Of a stretch of DNA of 64,000 nucleotides, positions 61,347 to 64,000 are shown in pieces. Within the stretch, counting starts at the first letter, position 1; each line of letters starts with the position of its first letter. The translations under genes and the position numbers were made by a program. The stretch lies in the NCBI RefSeq assembly GCF_009914755.1, contig NC_060929.1; one strand, 5' to 3'. The notes under the pieces are model-generated. The model was not told where the DNA came from. It did not search any database and saw nothing but the letters and a program-made list of their open reading frames with translations. The stretch is from the human T2T-CHM13v2.0 reference genome, Homo sapiens.

Positions 61347-62034
61347 TGGATAGTTCTTAACCACTTGCTTTTGAACAGTAATCTGGGTCTTCTTTCTTAA
61401 TAAGGTGGTAGACACTCACACTAACACATAGGAAATCTTATGTCCCTGTGTGCAAGAAATTCAGGCTACTGTGCCTTCACAGAAGGTGCTGTATGGGCCT
61501 AAGAAATGAGTGGGCAAGCAATTTCTCCATCTATAGAACAAGGAGTCTGGATTAGCTGTCATCCCTTTCACCTCTAGGTTTCTGTGCTTCAACCCAGGTA
61601 AAAAGGAACCTTTGGATTTGGCCATTTGTTGTAGTTACTGTTTTCCTTTTGTTCTTATCCTTCGGGGTTGAAATGCTTTTCCCAGAGCTCAAATGGTCTA
61701 TTTTGCCTCTGATAATTTCCAAACTGTGAAATCTGTTTCCATTGTAGTTTGCCATAGCCATGGAAGAGCCATGGTTTTTAGTGCAGACTTTTATGTCTTC
61801 CCTTCCCTTTGGACTCTAACATTATGAAACTGGCTCATAATTTGCTGGGCATTTGTTTTGGGATTTGCATAAAGTTGATCAACTAAAATAGGGCTAACAA
61901 AATGATTACAAAGTTAGCATGATGAAAAGAGGTATTTATATGGGATGTGTGATGTTGTATTGGGAAGCAAGTCTATTCAGTAAGATGTGAAGAAAGCTGG
62001 GAAGGGGAACTGGTGAGCAGGATGATCTAAAAGG

Positions 62035-62280
62035 CTAATGTTGACTGTGCACTGGGTGCCAGGCACTGGGCTAGGTATATTATATATGTTAGAGCTAATC
62101 TTCATAAAATCCTGTGAGATGGATTCTTGTTTTTATTTTTCAGTTAAGAAATTTGAGCTCAATAAACTTACATAGTTTTGAACAACTTAGTAGTTATTCA
62201 AAAGTGAACAGCTATTAAGGAAGAGAACTAGGATTTAAATACTTGTCTCTCTTATTCCAGGGTCTGTCATTGTTCCAGTA
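62035..62280 (-). mobile_element. MIR SINE
   Basis: gtgccaggcactgggctag...aatcttcataaaatcctgtgag...ctaggatttaaa. Confidence 0.7.
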
Positions 62281-63470
62281 TTCCAAAATGATTCTAAAGA
62301 ATAAGAGCATAGAATGTCAGGGCTCAAAGTATCCTTAGAGATTATTCAACCTTTCACTGTGTACACATGCATAACTGAAATCCATCTGGATGACCTGATT
62401 TGTCCAAGATTATGAAAGGTGATAGGACCCTTGAGTGTTGTGTGTAGGAGTGAGAGGTACCACAAAAAGGTGTTTTTTTTTTTAAAAAAAAAAGAAATTT
62501 ATATCATTTTCTGTTGAACCTATGGTTTATTCTTCACAGGTTTTTGTCTTTGCTAATGACAGTCTTTTCACACCAAATTCTCAAAACAAGTGTGACCTAC
62601 ACTTTCTCCCAGCCATCCCGAACTTTTCTTTCATTCCACTGCAGTACTCTCAGCATCCTGCATATTAACCTGAAGCCTAACTGTATTAAATCTGTTTAGA
62701 ATTTCAGCCTGCACAGTCTTGTTAAAATCTTCCATTTGTTTGAGAACCACCAACGATGAAGATGATGAGACCCTTGTTCTCACAGCTCAGATTATGGTAA
62801 ATGAGCTCATGTCGACCTTCTCCATTTACTTCAGGGTGTTACAAATTTTGACACAGCATTTCTTTTAGACTTCAACTTTGTAAATTGTTGACTCATACTC
62901 TCTTCTTGTGTGGAAGTTTCTACATTTCCTCATCACCCAAATTATTGACAATTACATATTATTCTCATGGCAGAATTATCAACTTTATCTTCGGAATTCT
63001 GTTTTGAGATTTAAAATTTTGTTTACAACTCAGTTTTCTACTTGCATTCCTCTTTTATTCAAAGAAAAAAATAAAAGTAATGAATTAACAGTGTTGTGAA
63101 AGGTGTACTCATGGCATAAAATCTTCTGGGGGGTGGTTATAGAGTTTTACGTAAGCACACGTGTGTTTAAAGCTTGAATTACACATTATAGCTCAAGACC
63201 AAATATGTGCTCTTCACAGCTCAGTAATGGATGTTTGGTAGTTTTGATATAGTTTGGTGGGTTTTTAGGTTAGGGAGAGATAAACTTTTTTTTCCTGATT
63301 CAGGTGATTAAAGTCCTGCATATAAAAATATCATTTATTTTGGCGAGGGTATTTTGTTTGCTGACAACAGGTCTTTGGAAGGCAAAAAGAACCAGCTCAC
63401 TGAATGGGGGCTCTTAAGATATTTCTGATCTGGATTACTTGGAATCAGGGGTCTCAGAAGCCACAGTCCT

Positions 63471-63503
63471 CAAAAAAACAAAACAAAACAAAACAAAACA
63501 AAC

Positions 63504-63535
<32 letters not shown>
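63471..63535. repeat. (CAAAA)n followed by (GA)n
   Basis: Visible runs. Confidence 0.95.
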
Positions 63536-63536
<1 letters not shown>

Positions 63537-64000
63537 CTGTCGGTGGTCAGTGAAATAGCCCAGCAACTCTGAGTGTCTTGTGACTTCTCACCCTCTTGGT
63601 GCAAATTGATCAGAGCTGTGAGGATGGGCTGCCCCTGTCCAGAGCGTCAAGAACAAATTTATCTGTCCATGTGGGGAGTAAATGTAAAATGGAGCCCTGA
63701 ATCCCAACAAATGATTCATCTGTCTGCACAACTCAATGAGCTTGCCTTCATGTCTTCCTCCCAAGCTTACACCATAACTTCTGGGACTGGATCCTAGGGA
63801 AAACATGGTTCCCATCTGTCATCCTAACTCTAGATAAACGTAGACATAGGCAGCACTAATGTCTACAATGCGAAAACTGACTTTAGTAAATCCTCACTTA
63901 AAGTGCTATTTGTAGTCTTGCTTTGATGAATAACTGCTACCTAAGGACAGTATATCTTAGCGAGAATTAACACTCTGTCAAATTCTTCAGTTGGCTAGAT

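Noticed and set aside
62781-63230. Two tcacagctcag..atgg motifs
   Set aside because: Short match compatible with chance

Overview
Primate (human-like) AT-rich non-coding DNA, mostly transposon remnants; no host protein-coding gene, structural RNA gene or CRISPR array can be supported. Main elements: a full-length but inactivated L1PA3/4 (55160-61346, minus), a twin-primed 5'-inverted L1PA2/3 (40579-42964), several older L1s, five Alus plus monomers/fragments, a complete two-LTR MST MaLR provirus, an LTR14-family solo LTR, an ERV-L pol remnant, and DNA transposon fragments. All long ORFs I can assign are L1 or ERV-L derived. I see no new gene system. The best signals are repair and recombination scars: (1) a TSD-flanked 150-bp insert containing an inverted 83/86 copy of a site 1.4 kb away; (2) apparent gene conversion, including a shared stop codon, between two inverted L1s about 14.7 kb apart. 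Repeat subfamily names come from my recall of consensus sequences and need Dfam/RepeatMasker confirmation; boundaries without TSDs are approximate.
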